Assembly: GCA_964106645.2 (NCBI GenBank) | Contig: OZ067039.1 | Direction: 5' to 3' (one strand) | Length of the DNA: 64,000 bases | Source of the DNA: Podarcis pityusensis | Lineage: Eukaryota | Shown here: in pieces, positions 25,701 to 39,395 of the stretch | Numbering within the stretch: position 1 is the first letter of the stretch | How the letters are laid out: each line of letters starts with the position of its first letter | Made by a program: the position numbers and the translations under genes | The notes under the pieces: generated by a model | The model's input: the letters and a program-made list of their open reading frames with translations, nothing else | Databases searched by the model: none | Told to the model about the DNA's origin: nothing

Positions 25701-26765
25701 GATTTTCATGCCAGTTGTTTTTAAGGCACATTAATGCGGAAATGTAATGGAAGAGATTTATGAATGAACACAGGAGAAAGTGATACAGATTGGAAATAAG
25801 ATGATTCATCCCTTCCAGCTTGATCCAGTTTTCATGCTAATTTATTTAGATTTATATGTTAAGCATTGTGGTCATGAAATAGAATTACTTTGAAATTAAG
25901 TATGTCAATCCTCACATTAAAAAACCAACATTGTGTCTTTTCTATCTCACAGTTTTCCATCTTTCATTTGTTTTCCTTTCTTGGCAAGTTGATTCAGTCT
26001 TTGCCTATTATTTTTTCCTGTGGTTTTTAAAATGATGCATGCACACCACATACACATCTTAAAGGATAGGCAGATGACATGGATCTTCTCAATATGCGAT
26101 GGGCTACAAGCCAATGCAGTTAACCCACGAGTAAAGCATTATAATGCCATACGCATGATTACACATATTATACTAAGTAAACAGCTCAGATTAAAATAAA
26201 TGATTTGGCTCTGTACAAGTACAGTTGATAATTTCATATTTGCTTACCTTTTCGCTAAGTAAATAAATAAGAAGCACATCACAAGGAGACTTACTTCATT
26301 TCCCATGGGTAGGTAATGAAAGAAACAAATTATGAAAACATCTAATTTTTAAAGGAATTAAAATAAAAACAATAACCAGCTGGGATCTAATTAATTTCAT
26401 GTGTCAAACATATTTCAGTAGAGCTGCATGAGTTTCATTCTGCAGTTTTATTCTTATGAGCTGCCACAGAATTCATCATTAGTTACATTGAATGAAAAAC
26501 AGCAGTGTGGTTTTCTTCACTAAGCCATACATGCAGAAAGGTCCCACTGAAATTCAGAAGTCTAGCTGAGAGGACAGAAATGAGGGCAGAGAGAGTTTTG
26601 TGTGTTTCTCCTTCCTTTTCTGTTTTGTGTTTCCAGTGGAAGGGAAATAAACTGCAACAATTCCTGGGCTGGGTTAGCATAGGTTTCTCCCTGGATTGAG
26701 AAGGCTTCGGATCCAAGTCCTCCTCCTTATCCATCCCAGCAGGCCCCCCAATCTACCCCCAGCAC

Positions 26766-27103
26766 CAGACCCTCCAAATTTCCCTATTTTCCAGGGGTGT
26801 CCAATTTAGAGAAGCTGTCCTGGTTTCTGATTTGATCCCAGAATGTCCCACTTTTCCTTAGGATGTCCCTATTTTCATTGGAGAAATGTTGGAGGGTATG
26901 GCATTATCCAACCCGAGCCGTCTGAAGGCAATCCTGTATTGGGAAGTTTTTTAAATGTTTAACATTATGTTTTTATATGTGTTGGAAGGTGCCCAGAGTG
27001 GCTGGGGCAACCCAGTGAGATGTGGGGGGTGGGTTATAAATAGTAAAAAGGGATTGTGGAATGGGATGTCCCTATTTCCATTGGAGACATGTTGGAGGGT
27101 ATG
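26766..27103. mobile_element. Composite non-autonomous DNA transposon (hAT-like) containing an L2 tail
   Basis: TIRs cagaccctccaa / ttggagggtatg; right end present twice (26861-26901, 27064-27104); tgtccc subterminal repeats; agcac on both flanks. Confidence 0.72.
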
Positions 27104-29899
27104 GAGCACGTCCCTTTTCCAGGCCTACCAACTCTGCTACTCTGATGTCATTGGGGCCGCAAAGGTTTCTGCAGTGGTGTATGGGGGAAATCTGACATGA
27201 GTTCCCATTTGGAGAGAGAGATCTGATGCTTCCTATGGAAGTTCATTACTTTCCTAACCAGTGGTGAAAACAAGAAACTAAAAAAATAGGATGTGATGCA
27301 GAGAAGCTAATATTGTCAACATTATTATCTCCATAGTCAGCCTGTGCTTACTTTCAACCAGTTCAGACTGTGCCTAGCCATTGTAAGCACCACACTCTTA
27401 GGATAATTTTTTCACTGCTTATTCCCAAACAAAGACCATGTCCATTTGCCCTCAATGCAAACTTCACCCATTTCAGGCTAAGCTGGGTGAACTGGCTTTG
27501 ATTCACAATGAAGAATACTGATTTGCCACAACATCACCTGGCAAGCTACTTGGAAGGCTACAAACAGAACAAAGAATCTCAACCCGTATTTTTCCACTAA
27601 ATTAGTTCTGTTTCTGTTCTCCTTAATGTACAGGCAGATTGTTTTCATGGTCATTAGAATTACTTCAACTCTCCAAGGAAATCACTCTTATTGTATAGAT
27701 TGCTGCAGAGTATTCATGTTAAACTTTCGTTTCTTTTAAAGAAACAGCCATTTCCCTGAGATGCCCTACTTATGTGTAAAGCTTAAACTATTTTTTCAGT
27801 GAAATGTGACATTTACCACTACCTTAATCTCGGAAAGATTGGGAGGGGAGTTGGGTGGCTTCTCTTGGCCTTGCTTTTCTGTCTATGCATTGATCCAACA
27901 TTGCATGCAAGTGGGAGAGACTTGCGCCATACGAAGTGGGAATGTGAATTTTGCAGCATCCATGATCACATGTACAGAAACTACATATGATGGTCAGATA
28001 AATGTGATAACTGACAGCAGTGAAAGGCACTGGGTTTTGTTATGGCATTATGACGTTCTTCCTGTAATGTTAGATGAACTGCAACAGCCCATGGACACAT
28101 GCAAGTAATTGCATAATGTTGCAATCATTGAGCGTCACATTTGCCTACTTCCCATTGGCACCAGTTGTATCTGTATACTCGTAACTTCCTTATGGTTTGA
28201 ATTTTTGTACACCCACAAGCTTTGCCCCAATCTTATGAGGTGCATCTTATTTTTCCTCCCCATGCTGAGGCAAATGGGGCCCTGCTTTGAATGAGAAAAA
28301 AGTGGTATTACAAAGCTCAAGAGTACAGTTGATTTGAAAAGGCAGCAGAGAATGAAGGGAGAGAGGGTGGTTGGAATATGTGTGGGATCTGCATTGGCAT
28401 AAGAATAAAAGGGGTCACTAGTGGAAGGAAAGATGGAGAATAAATTCAGTTCTCCTAGCATTTAAAGGTGACCCTGCAACATTTGCATTTTCCAAAATGG
28501 CAAACTGAAGCACAGACTTCCTTCAACGTTTTCGCAATTCTGCAATGTTCTTGCTGCAGCTATCCTGTTTTTGCAGTGAAAATGACTGCTAAAACAAAAC
28601 AAAAAACCCCAAACACTGCTTTCTTTATCCATTGCCAAAATTACAGGAGTCCTGACAGAATAAAAGGTAACAATTAATTGGCAACAACAACAGCAACAAA
28701 TAAAAAACCTTGTATTTTCTCACTATAATAAATTTTGCAACTTGTCAGTGAGAACTTCTAGCATCACTACACTACCATGCTAGAGAAAGCTACACAGAAT
28801 TGCAGCCTGTTGTGCAGCTGTTGAAAGCAGAAGCACCATGCCAGAAAGGGAGAAACATCTGGCAAAGCATTACAGGTGGTGTACAATAGAGAAGTATAAT
28901 CTTCCTGCCCAGTATGCTAAAATAGTTTGCATCAGTCTCTGATTAGCTTCCAGATTTCTGGGCATCTGAGTAAGCTGAACTGCCAAAACTTTCAAGGTTC
29001 TCACAGAATTAATTAACACTTACAGAGAAGCATCTGACATGAACTAGGAAAGTAGGCTATGGCACTGTGCTTCTCTCCGTGCATCTTTGAACGGCAGCCC
29101 TCTGTCTTTGTGCTATTTTATCTCTGAGCTTTGTTCTTTAAAAACCCTGTTTTATGTAAGCTCCACATCAGAATGTGTTTCCTCTGTTCTGCTGCTTTGG
29201 CAGGTCCTGCATTCATCTCACAGCTATTACTACGCATCTTGTTGTCTCCAGCTTTATTTGCAGCACCAGGTGTAAATAAGTGACAGGAGGATCACAGGTG
29301 GTTATCAGGACAGGCACTGTGCTTCTAGAAAGCTGGCCATTAAAACACCCAGAACATTGTGTATGATAACACTGGGGAACCACTTTGACATGAAATGTTT
29401 GTATCTAGAAAAATGTAGTTTCCCCAGCATTGAAGAATAACAGCCTTTTTCTTCTTCCCTCTACAGGCAGTGGGGGATGGGGACGGGGACAGGGACAGAG
29501 AATGTCAGTGTAAATACGCACATTTATTTTCATAAAAGAGCTACTTGCTTGGTTTTATGAAATGTTAGCAGTGAATATTAGGAAACCTGTTTCTAAAGTG
29601 CGTTCCCAGCTTCCCAACTGACTTTAAATGGAATTTCTACTAGTACTAACAGGGGAGAAATATCGGAATGCAATCACATGTGCATGCACACACCCACCCA
29701 CCACTGTGAGCATAACTCCCCATTTTCCTTTCCCCTCGCCTCAGACTCCTTTCCCAAATCACAGATTCCTAAGGGAAGACATTATTCCACAATTTCAAAT
29801 GCAAGTCCAATGGATGTCGCTGTAGTTGATGTTCTGTCGAGTATGTGATGCAAGAGTACCATGTATCTATAAAATCACCCCAATCTCTCTTTCCAGCTA

Positions 29900-30500
29900 A
29901 GGCTTTAATTTTCTTGGTCATTTATATTTTTTTTCTGAAGGTAATCCAAACTTTCATTTCCATTGTGACATTTGAAAGTGTTCTAATTTTGGGCAACAAG
30001 TTGTCAAACTGCTACTTAAAGAAAAGCAATCAATTATTTGTATCTCAGCTTGACATTTTCATTTTTAAAGATTGTTACCAGTACTAAAGGTGGGGTGCAA
30101 ATAACATTTGTTTTGTGATCAAACTTATTTCACCAACAGCATTTTTCCAAAATGGCTGTAATTTGCTGCAGGCCCATGGCATATGTCTATGTTCCAATCT
30201 CTTTACACCCTCTCCAGCAAAGAGCAGAAATAGCTTCATTAATATGACTGCACCTCAAAGGTGTTAAATGCCACCTGTGTAGCAGCTTAAGAGTATTCTG
30301 TTTTATGAGCCTGGGCACTGAATTTAGGGGCTTTTTGCCCCACAGGCTCTGCCAATCTACCTCCTCAATTACTGTATCTAGATCAGATTCCCAAGTATGT
30401 TTCATCAAATTTGTTTGTCCTAATCGTATGTCACTAATGATTTTATAAATTATTGATTATGTATGTTTAGATTCTGTGTTAGTACTTAAAGTTAGATTTT
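29900..30500 (-). mobile_element. L1-clade LINE ORF2 C-terminal relic
   Basis: WESDL..EEVDW..KLLHRWHLTP..CWRGCKEIGT then (frameshift) HMPWACSKLQPFWK, the CCHC zinc-knuckle region of non-mammalian L1. Confidence 0.78.
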
Positions 30501-32566
30501 CAAATGGTGTTAGAGTTCTGGATGCATGCACGATAACTGTTGGATATGCTGGAAAGTGCACCAGCCTGGGGCTTACAGGCTCCCTCTTCCACTTTCCCTT
30601 TCCTTTCACATACCAATATTTCTACACTTCCTGACAATCCATAATTTGCTCTCTCATTGAAACTTGAGAGGGGGAGTTTGAACAAACCAGAGTTTGCCCA
30701 TGAGAACCAGGAAGTACAAAAATTGTTGTGCATGGGGGGATGGGAGAAATTATGGAAGAAAGTGTTTTCAGCAGCCCAGAGTTTTTCCAAAGGGCTTCAA
30801 CAAGTAAAACTGATGAGAAATGGGAAGTACTTTTTCATTATCAGCAGTTCAGCTTTTGGGAGGAAAGAATACCTCATGTCCTCAGATAATTCATTAATTA
30901 AGGTATTTTGCTCCTACGTGAAAGCCAACCAAGGAAGAGGAAGAATATAATAAATAAAATATAAGGTTGCATATGTTTCTGATAATAAAGAATAGAATGA
31001 TGAATAATACATAGCCTTTTTGGTAATAAAAACAGCATTCTTGTTAAAATTGCATTTCCCTTCACTATAATTTGCCAATTTTACATGTTTATGTCTTTAG
31101 TTAAGAAAAAAAAAACCTTTGCAGAACTTTGAGATCATGTAAGAACAGCAAGTCTTCATTTCTTATTCAATAGATTTTGTAGAGCCCAGTTTATTTGCTG
31201 GTGACTTCAGATTCAGTGTGAAAGTTACCATGATCTAGTGAATAGAGCTGACCTAACCAATGTAAGAGCCACCATAACCTGAATGTAGTCCACCAACCAT
31301 ATATAGTGGCCAACCAAGATGCCTGGACTTCCCCCACCAATTGTTTTTGTAGTCCCAGGCAGGTCACAGGTAGCAAGACACAGTTGTTTATTGTACCATG
31401 TAAAGAAATTGGTTTTTTGGCTGCTGAGCATGTTTCACAAATGAAGTCTATGTTCTCTTGCCTTCTGATATGATCTTCAGTTGTATTGGTTCATGCAATT
31501 GATTTTGCCTTTGCCTTTGATACACTGTCTGTTGGTCATCCCTGTCGTTTGTCATGCTCTTTTTTTCTTCTCACAGTTTTAAACTCTAAGGTCCTTGCAG
31601 CAAAAAAAGAACCTGTCTTGTCACTTAGCTTTATAATGCACAGTGACATTCATGTGACTATATCAGAGATAGTTGGAGGGGCTGTATCAAAATATGCAGT
31701 GAATAGGGATTCTCTGCTGTGGATTATTCTGTAAAGCATGTCCTATGCTACTAGAGAAAAACCTTCTTTTGTATCTGAAGAAAAGTTCTTTAAATTTTAG
31801 AATGAGTTTATGACAAGAATGATAAAATGGCTTCAATCTGTGAATTCAAACACTGAAGATAATGCAAAGCTGGAACATTCTTTGTGTCAGGAAGCACTGT
31901 CTAATTCCCCACCCCCACCCCCGCTAATAAATACTGGCTTCTGCTGGGCACTAATCTCTTGGCAGAAATTTATGAGAAAAAAATTAGATGTTTCCCAATA
32001 AAAATTTATAATGGAAGCAAGCAGTGTATGCTTTCATCCAGGTAAGATGAAGAAGCAGAGCCACCCTTAAGAGGTTGCAAAGTCTTATTTGTCGTCAAAT
32101 TGGAGAACATGACAGCTTCCATTAAAAGAAAGATTTCCTATTGCCATGACAATAGCTTTAAACTAAACCAAACAAGGGATATAAATTATTCTCAGGGTCT
32201 TGTTCTAATAGCAATGCTAGATGGCTTTCTTTTTTCCTATTGCTGTTTGATTGATGTTCTTTCTCAGAAGACCTAAAAGGTGACAACCAAAAAATTCCCA
32301 CACATCTTGTGAGATGGATTTTTGTCTGGATTGTAAACCATAAATTGTCCCCCACTTAGGCAATATTCAAGTATAATAATAAATCTTGTCTTGCTGCCTT
32401 GAATTTTCTTGATAAACCCTTCGACCTGCTACTCCTTGTCTCTTTGAAATCTAAACGTCTTTGAATCAAAGTTTATTCTTCAAGAAACAGAAGAACAATA
32501 ATCATCTTCTGTTAGGACATGTGTAGCATGTTCTCACTAATTTAATTATTGTCATTTTCTTAACAG

Positions 32567-32683
32567 CTTGCACAGACAAGGAGCTGAGGACCCTTGCATC
32601 CCGCCTAAAAGACTGGTTTGGTGCTCTTCATGAAGATGCAAATCGTGTCATCAAGCCAACCAGCTCGGATTCAGCACAAGGCA
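32567..32683 (+). CDS. SPOCK1: SPOCK1 (testican-1) coding exon, start of EC (SPARC-like calcium-binding) region; orthologous to human exon 7
   Basis: Acceptor ttttcttaacAG at 32565-66, donor GTAAGA at 32684; 117 nt, phase 1/1; translates (A)CTDKELRTLASRLKDWFGALHEDANRVIKPTSSDSAQG(R), nearly identical to recalled testican-1. Not in the ORF track. Confidence 0.96.
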
Positions 32684-33022
32684 GTAAGATGACAATCTAA
32701 AAATAAAGTTGGAGATAAGTTCACGAGTTCAGCAAGTCAACAATAACTGTAATGACAGCTAATGTGGAAACTTTCATTTAATTATGCTGTGGTACATTCT
32801 CCTGCTATTTCAAACCACTCATTATTTTGTTTTATTTTCCTTTATTTTTTGCATATAGAAACAGGGTTGGAAATTTAATCACCATTTGCAGTCTGTTGAG
32901 TCGGGAAACTGTGAGGCAGCTAATGGACCATCTAGGGAAGAACTGTACCCTGCAATGCATTAAACAAATAGGATAACACTTTGTTTACCCCATTTTTCCT
33001 AACCCCGGTTCAATTAGACTCG

Positions 33023-33415
33023 CAGGGGTCGGCAAGGCTTACCAGGCATGGGCCGAATCACTCCCATGGAGATCATCCGTGGGCCGGGCCAGCGCAGCAC
33101 AATGCAACACCAGAAATCACTTCTGCACATGCCCAGATGCCAAAAATTGCACCTGTGCAGAAGTGATTTTCAGCGTCTGGGCATGCGTAGAAGTGATTTC
33201 CGGTGCCACAGACATGCGCAGACGCAGTTTCTGGTGTCTGGGCATGTGCAGAAGCAATTTGCACATTGCACAATTTGCACAGCCGCGGAAGAGAGTCCCC
33301 GCGCTGTGCTGCGCTGGTTTGGTGCAGCACACAGGGACTCGCCAAGCAGGCAGCTCAGTTCGGGGACGGCTTGTGGGCTGCTTCCGGCCCATGGGCCTTA
33401 GGTTGCTGACCTCTG
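33023..33415. mobile_element. hAT-like non-autonomous DNA transposon with internal repeats
   Basis: TIRs caggggtcggcaa / ttgctgacctctg; gggccg subterminal motifs; several direct and inverted gggcatgyg(c/t)agaag units; TSD not evident. Confidence 0.78.
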
Positions 33416-33584
33416 GGGTAGAGCAACGGCTGTGACTCCTGCTGGATATCAGACAAAGGCCTAATGGCCTGTTTCCTACAGTGGCCAGCCAAAGGCATAT
33501 GGGGAACACACAAGCAGGACTGGGGGGAGTAAGGGGGACAGCCCTTGCCTGTTATTGTCCACCAATAAGTATTAGCTTGCTAGC

Positions 33585-33810
33585 TTGCTACCCACCCTTC
33601 AACAGGTCTTAACAATTTAAAATTCAGAAATTAAAACAGTTAAAAGAATATACAGCCGCAAGAACAGGGTGGGTCCTGAAAACATTCCTCTCTGGTGTAA
33701 AAGGCTATGATAAAGTTCTGGGTCTTCTATGTTCACAGAAAGCTGTTTAGGGAAGGTGTTAGACATATCACTGCAGGGAGTGAATTCCACAGCTTACAGA
33801 ACCATCAAGA
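33585..33810 (-). mobile_element. Degraded L2-like LINE 3' end
   Basis: gggagtgaattccacagctt reads KLWNSLP on the minus strand, followed by a T-rich 3' UTR. Confidence 0.45.
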
Positions 33811-36800
33811 CTTGTAGACATTAATAGCCTCCCCCCCACCATGAATTTGTCTAATAATCCCTCTTTTAAAGACATCTCAACTGGTGAGTGCTGTGATTAA
33901 AAAACGTGTTGGTTCTGTGGAGGAAGGGCACATAAGGCGGGCCCAGTACAGTCTCTTGCCTGAGGGCCCACAGAATCTTGCATCCAACAGGCGCTGTGTC
34001 AAGGCTTTGTGCAAGAGGAACAGGCCCTCTGCTGCCCTGCTGACTTTCCAGTGACTGACAGCATGCAGTAGGCAAGGAGCAAGGGGCTTTCTGTCAGTCC
34101 TGTTACTCCTTCCCTCTAGTGAGGGGCGGCAGAGTTTGCTGAAACTAAGTGAAATGTCAGCAGCCTCCCACCTGCTCTCAACAGAATTTGTCAAACTTGG
34201 GCAATTTTTCAATCTGTAGGTTAAAAATTCACAGCAGGCTTTGTGTGCTACAAATATTCCCACGACAGGCACTAGATTGGAAACATAATTTTAACAGAAT
34301 GCTTTTTTATCCATTTATTATTAAGCATGCAACCGCCTGTCTCTGAGCAAGAAACTGCAAGACCTTTTCTGTGTGAAAGTGCCCTTTTTCTTGGGTTAAT
34401 GAGTATTTAGGGAGGGAGGGTGCAGATTGTAGGCAGGCCTAAGTGTTACCATGGAACAGCAATCCTGAGTAGAAGCTATTGGTGTGTAACTATATCTGGC
34501 TTTCCCTACCATTTATTTTAATTATTTAAAAGGACAAACTGCATTTGTAATCCTTCATGAAAACCAAGAGGACACTAAAGATGTTCTCCTGGATGGCCCA
34601 AGCCCCTTGAATAGTACACCTCTACAGTAATCCCACCCAGAAGCCTAGTAAATACTAAGTGCAGACTCCATGTTTGTGGACGGTACCGCGTCAAACTGCT
34701 TGTGGCAGAATAACAGAACTGAATGATCCTTAATATAAAACTTCCTGCTCACAAAAAAACTAGATATTGAAAGCACAATTGTGGATCAATCTTTTCCTTG
34801 GTCTACCAATTTGTATATGCAGAGGGCCCACCCCCAGGGATAAATTCAGCTGTATGATTTCTTTGTCTGCAGTCTGAACTTGAACAGAATGGACTTCCCA
34901 CCCCAGTGCTGTTTGTGCGAACCAGGCATAAGTTTCCAATGCTCATGAATCTCCAGCCTTTCACCATTCTGCTTGCATTTTCCTCCACCGACATGTGATC
35001 ACTTCATTGACATGAGCTGTCAGGTTATGCTTATGGAGCCATAAGAAGCACATGCTTTTTTTACTGCAATCTATTTTGAGTATTCCTCTGTGGTTTTAAA
35101 GCAACTTCCAAATGATTGGAAATGATGGCTAAGATTTCTCTGGATACACCGCATCTGGAGAAGGTGTTCCACTGAATTTTTTTTCCTGTGCTGCAGTTTG
35201 ATAGGATGCTGCTGTAAGTTAACGAAAACCGAGTGGATCAAGTTCATCTGCAGGCAAAAAGTAAAGATTATATTCTTCCTATTCATTCGTGAAATGGAAG
35301 TATTGGCACAGTTTTAAGTTTTAACTACTGTAATCTCATTCGCTGTCCACTTTAGGCAAAGCTCTTTTCTTTCTTATTTCCAAGCAACAGAAACAAAGTT
35401 CTTCAGAGCACCAGTGGTGTTGTTGTTGTTTTTGCAATTAGTACCTTTTCTAAAGTGAGGTGTTGTTTTTTAAATGTCACTGGAAACTAGTTATTCTGTG
35501 CAGTGGAAGCCTATGCATGTTTTCTTGAAAGTAATTCCCACACTGTGTTCAGTGGGTTTAATGCCCTAAAAAGTGTGGTTAGGATCAAAGATGCAGCTAA
35601 TTTAGCTTCAACAGCCCAATCTTAGAAATTAGAAATCAATTAAGTCTTAGGGATGGAGCCCACAGATCCACCTACATGTATACAAGATAAAGCATTCACA
35701 TGGCATATAAGCAAGTGTTGAGTACTGCATAGCTTTCTATGAAAAAAATTATCCAGATTTGCCTTTTTGTCTCCCTTTTGGTTTGTTCATTCCACTAGTC
35801 CAGCACAAACACAAGGCCCCAATATATATAAATTGATATTTTATTTTACCTGCAAACAATAATGCAGCATATACAATTGTTACAGTAAGGCATAGAGAAT
35901 GCAAGTGTTCTTATCCATAGTTTTATTCTACTAAATAGTTGTTTCCATATATGTTATAACATCCATATATATCCCATTCATTTAAGAGATCCCATAATTT
36001 GCAAATTTTCAAGATTAGATCTGTAGTTATTCTAGTTCAGATGTGTACAATCAGTACACAGGTTCAGCTAAGCTGGTGTGTCGTCAGAAGCACCACTGAA
36101 CTATGGCCTGTACCCACAAATTTTTGTGTATCTTTTTCTATATTGAATCTGGCTATTCCAAAACTATTTATTTTCATTTTTTGTATTTTCATTAAGTCTG
36201 CTTCTGTCTAAACGGTGCATTGTGCCCAGTGTTTCAGTGTACAATTTTCTGTTTATTTTTTACGTGTGAAATGTGTAGGTGAAAAGGTTTTGAGACAATA
36301 AGAAGCCTTTTACAAATAGGTCACTTATTTGAATCTGTTCCAGAATCTGAAGTGATTGGAAGCTGGTGTCTCTTGTTACCAGCTGTCCAAGACAATGTTA
36401 CATGTAATGACTTTAGCCCACTTTTGGTTGAGCAGGTGTTTTGAGTCCAAAGAATCCCCTTCTCAACAGGCACTAATTAATAACCTTTCTAGAATTGCCT
36501 GCAAATATATCGAGATACTTGAATGACCTAAAAAGCTAGCGAGACTTCTGATCTTTGGCCTTATTATTTGAGGCTGTGGGATGAAGGGAAAAAGTGAAAA
36601 AGACAAAGCTTTCTCGATGCAGGCGTGTTTGAGCTGTAGCATTGAATAGGTTTCTTGCTTACTTCCAGCCAACATTGTAGGAGAGGAGTAGAGAACAGAA
36701 AGTCGACATATTTTGAGTGAAAGAAATATATTAAGCTTCCCAACACATATAAAGAAACCTAACATTCAGCACTGTTGTCGTCTTTACCCTACTTATCTTG

Positions 36801-37528
36801 CACATCCATCTCCTATACTTCTGAAAACTGGCTGAGCACTGCCATGGAAAGGAAATATATCAATATGTAAAAGGGTTCCTCCTTTTACATATACCCCATT
36901 AATGTGTATGTGACTGTATGCATTTTGACAGCCTGTATCTTGTTTATCAAATCATGTTTTTTTGTCATGACCCATCATTTGAGCAAACCTTTTTATGATC
37001 ATTACACCAGTGATGTCAGAGGGATCTGTGTTAACAGTAGCATGCCCTTTAAAAGATATTCTTCACTGAGTATCCTACAGCACTATGATTTAGATTTAAA
37101 TAGATAGTCCATTCCCTGCAAAAGAGAAGCAACTAACAATAGGCAGGTGCTCAACTTTCTCATTGAAATCAATGGGGAGCTTGGCTGGGTTATGTCCAAT
37201 GTTTCTTTTGACCACTGTATTATACTGAAAATGTAAAGCTACAGGCATAAAATTCAGAATTACAGTTAATTCATTATGTACATGTCAGTATTTAGGAGCT
37301 GGAGCAGGATTTGGGCTGGGTTTTTATCCCTCAGATAGAACAGTGCAGTGCTGCTTGTGATAAAAGCAGTCTGAGTAAGAAACCACTGTAGCAAGACTTT
37401 TATAGTGTGGTAGTTTTGGTGAGGTGTTTTCCTTTATCTTAGTTCAGGATAACAATGTCAAGCACAATAGAATTCCTATTATATATATTATTCACACCTT
37501 GGAGTTACACATACTCGTTTAAGCATAG

Positions 37529-37633
37529 GTTGAATGGTCATCTGCCGTGGATGCTTTAGCTGAGATTCCTGCATTGCAGGAGGTTGGACTAGATGACCCT
37601 TGGGGTCCCTTCCAACTCTACAATTCTATGATT
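37529..37633 (+). mobile_element. CR1 LINE 3' tail
   Basis: ggttggactagatgacccttggggtcccttccaactctacaattctatgatt, the canonical CR1 terminus. Confidence 0.85.
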
Positions 37634-39094
37634 ATTTTTTTATTTCATTACATTTGTATCCCACTGTTCCTCAAAAGAGCGCAAGGTGGCATACGCAGTT
37701 CTCCTCCCCATTTTATCAAACCTGTGAGGTAGATTAGGCTGAGAGTGACGTATCAGATGTCTAAGAAAAGGTAATAGATTGATGTGATGATTTTTCTGTA
37801 GTTTCTTGAAAGTCACTGCTTTGAATAAATGTACACCTCATTTTTTTCCTTAAAGCTTTACTTGTCTAGAAAGAGACAAGAAAGTGTACATAAGACTTGG
37901 CAATCTTGGACTTGATTGTTGACACAGGCATGTCAAGTAGTGATTCAATCAAAGCAACTTTTATTCAAAGGCAGTTTAAAGTAGAAATAAACACTTACTG
38001 CCACATCTCAGCACCATAATATACTTCCTTGCTTTAACCTTTTAAACAGCAATAACTAGCTAGCTAAACTTTTCATAAGACTTCTTTAAATGCCTGCATA
38101 TTAAAGTAACACATTATTATTTTCTAGTAGAAGTCTTGAGGTAATTTTTTTTTTAAAAAAATTATACTAGAACGGTGTATACAAATAAATCTTAGGCAAG
38201 TACAATTAACATCTTCTGGTTTTCACATTTGGCCCTTACAAGTGCATCATAATGCAGTTGTTGTATCTATATTAATTACTGTGTCATTCAGTTAAGTGCT
38301 TGCATTGAGATTGCATACTGCAATAATGTGATTAGTAGCAAAGCTTCTGCCACTGTTATGGGAAACGCCAGACGTAATAGGTATAAAGCTGTAGAGTTTA
38401 CCTAGAACCACCTTCACTACGTTTATATGAATGTACCTACTTTTCTTCAGCATAAAGCTCCTCCCATTTTTTTAAAACACAGTTCTGCAACTTTATAGGA
38501 GAAGCCAGTGGTACATGGTCCTAATTGGTGTCCACCCCTCCCCTGCTGGATGCAGCAAGAAAACTCCTCCCTCCCCTTTAGAAAGTATTTCTTTGTTTCT
38601 TTAAAGGAACAATCAATGAATGGGATAACACAAATTTGTTGCCACTGTTCCCCTGAAACATGAGAATGGATGGATGGATAAACTAGCATTTCGATTTGGT
38701 TGTCACGCATGCTGATCATTTCAGATGAAAAACCAGGGTCACCCTGCTGCTGAGGGATGCACTCGGAGCTCTCTTCTGCTCTCTATCATCTGTTTATTAT
38801 CTGAATTAAAGGCATTTCTAAAATGCTTAATATCTAAACACCTCCAAGTGATATATAAAAATACAACATAAAAACAATGAAACTATCACAGAAACTGGAA
38901 ACCAGTAAAATGTTATTGTAAAAAGGTGTAAAAACAGGAAAGAGCATCCCTGTGCAGGAACAATGGTAGAAAATGCCCTTTTTCAGGTCACTACCCTGTG
39001 ATATTCTGTAGGCTGCAGTGCCACAAGTAAAAATTCCCAAGACAATCTAAATGATCTTACAGGTCTATACAGGGGCAGACAGGGTTTTTTTAAA

Positions 39095-39395
39095 GATATT
39101 CTTCAAATATCTAAAGGGCTGTCACCTAGAAGATAGAGCAAGCTTGTTTTCTCCTGCTCTGGAGGGTAGGACTCTAACCAACGGCTTCAAGTTACAAGAA
39201 AAGAGATTCTGACTAAACATCTGGAAGAACTTTCTGGTGGTAAGAGCTGTTCAACAGTGCAACCCAACCCCCTTGAAGGTTTTTAAGCAGAGCTTAGATG
39301 GCCATTTGTCATGGATGAGATTCCTGCATTGCAGGGAGTTGGACTTGATTACCCTCGGGATCCCTTCCAACTCTACAATTCATATGATTCTATGA
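39095..39395 (+). mobile_element. CR1 LINE 3' end (ORF2 C-terminus plus tail)
   Basis: FKYLKGCHLEDRASLFSPALEGRTLTNGFKLQEKRF*LNIWKNFLVVRAVQQ, then the cccttccaactctacaattcatatgattctatga tail. Confidence 0.88.

Noticed and set aside
1-32566. Upstream SPOCK1 Kazal/follistatin exons
   Set aside because: I looked for CKLEFHAC- and VCGSDG-type coding stretches by eye and found none. They probably lie 5' of the window; tBLASTn would settle it.
32981-33509. Cluster of ORFs in many frames
   Set aside because: GC-rich repetitive MITE interior lacks stops by composition.
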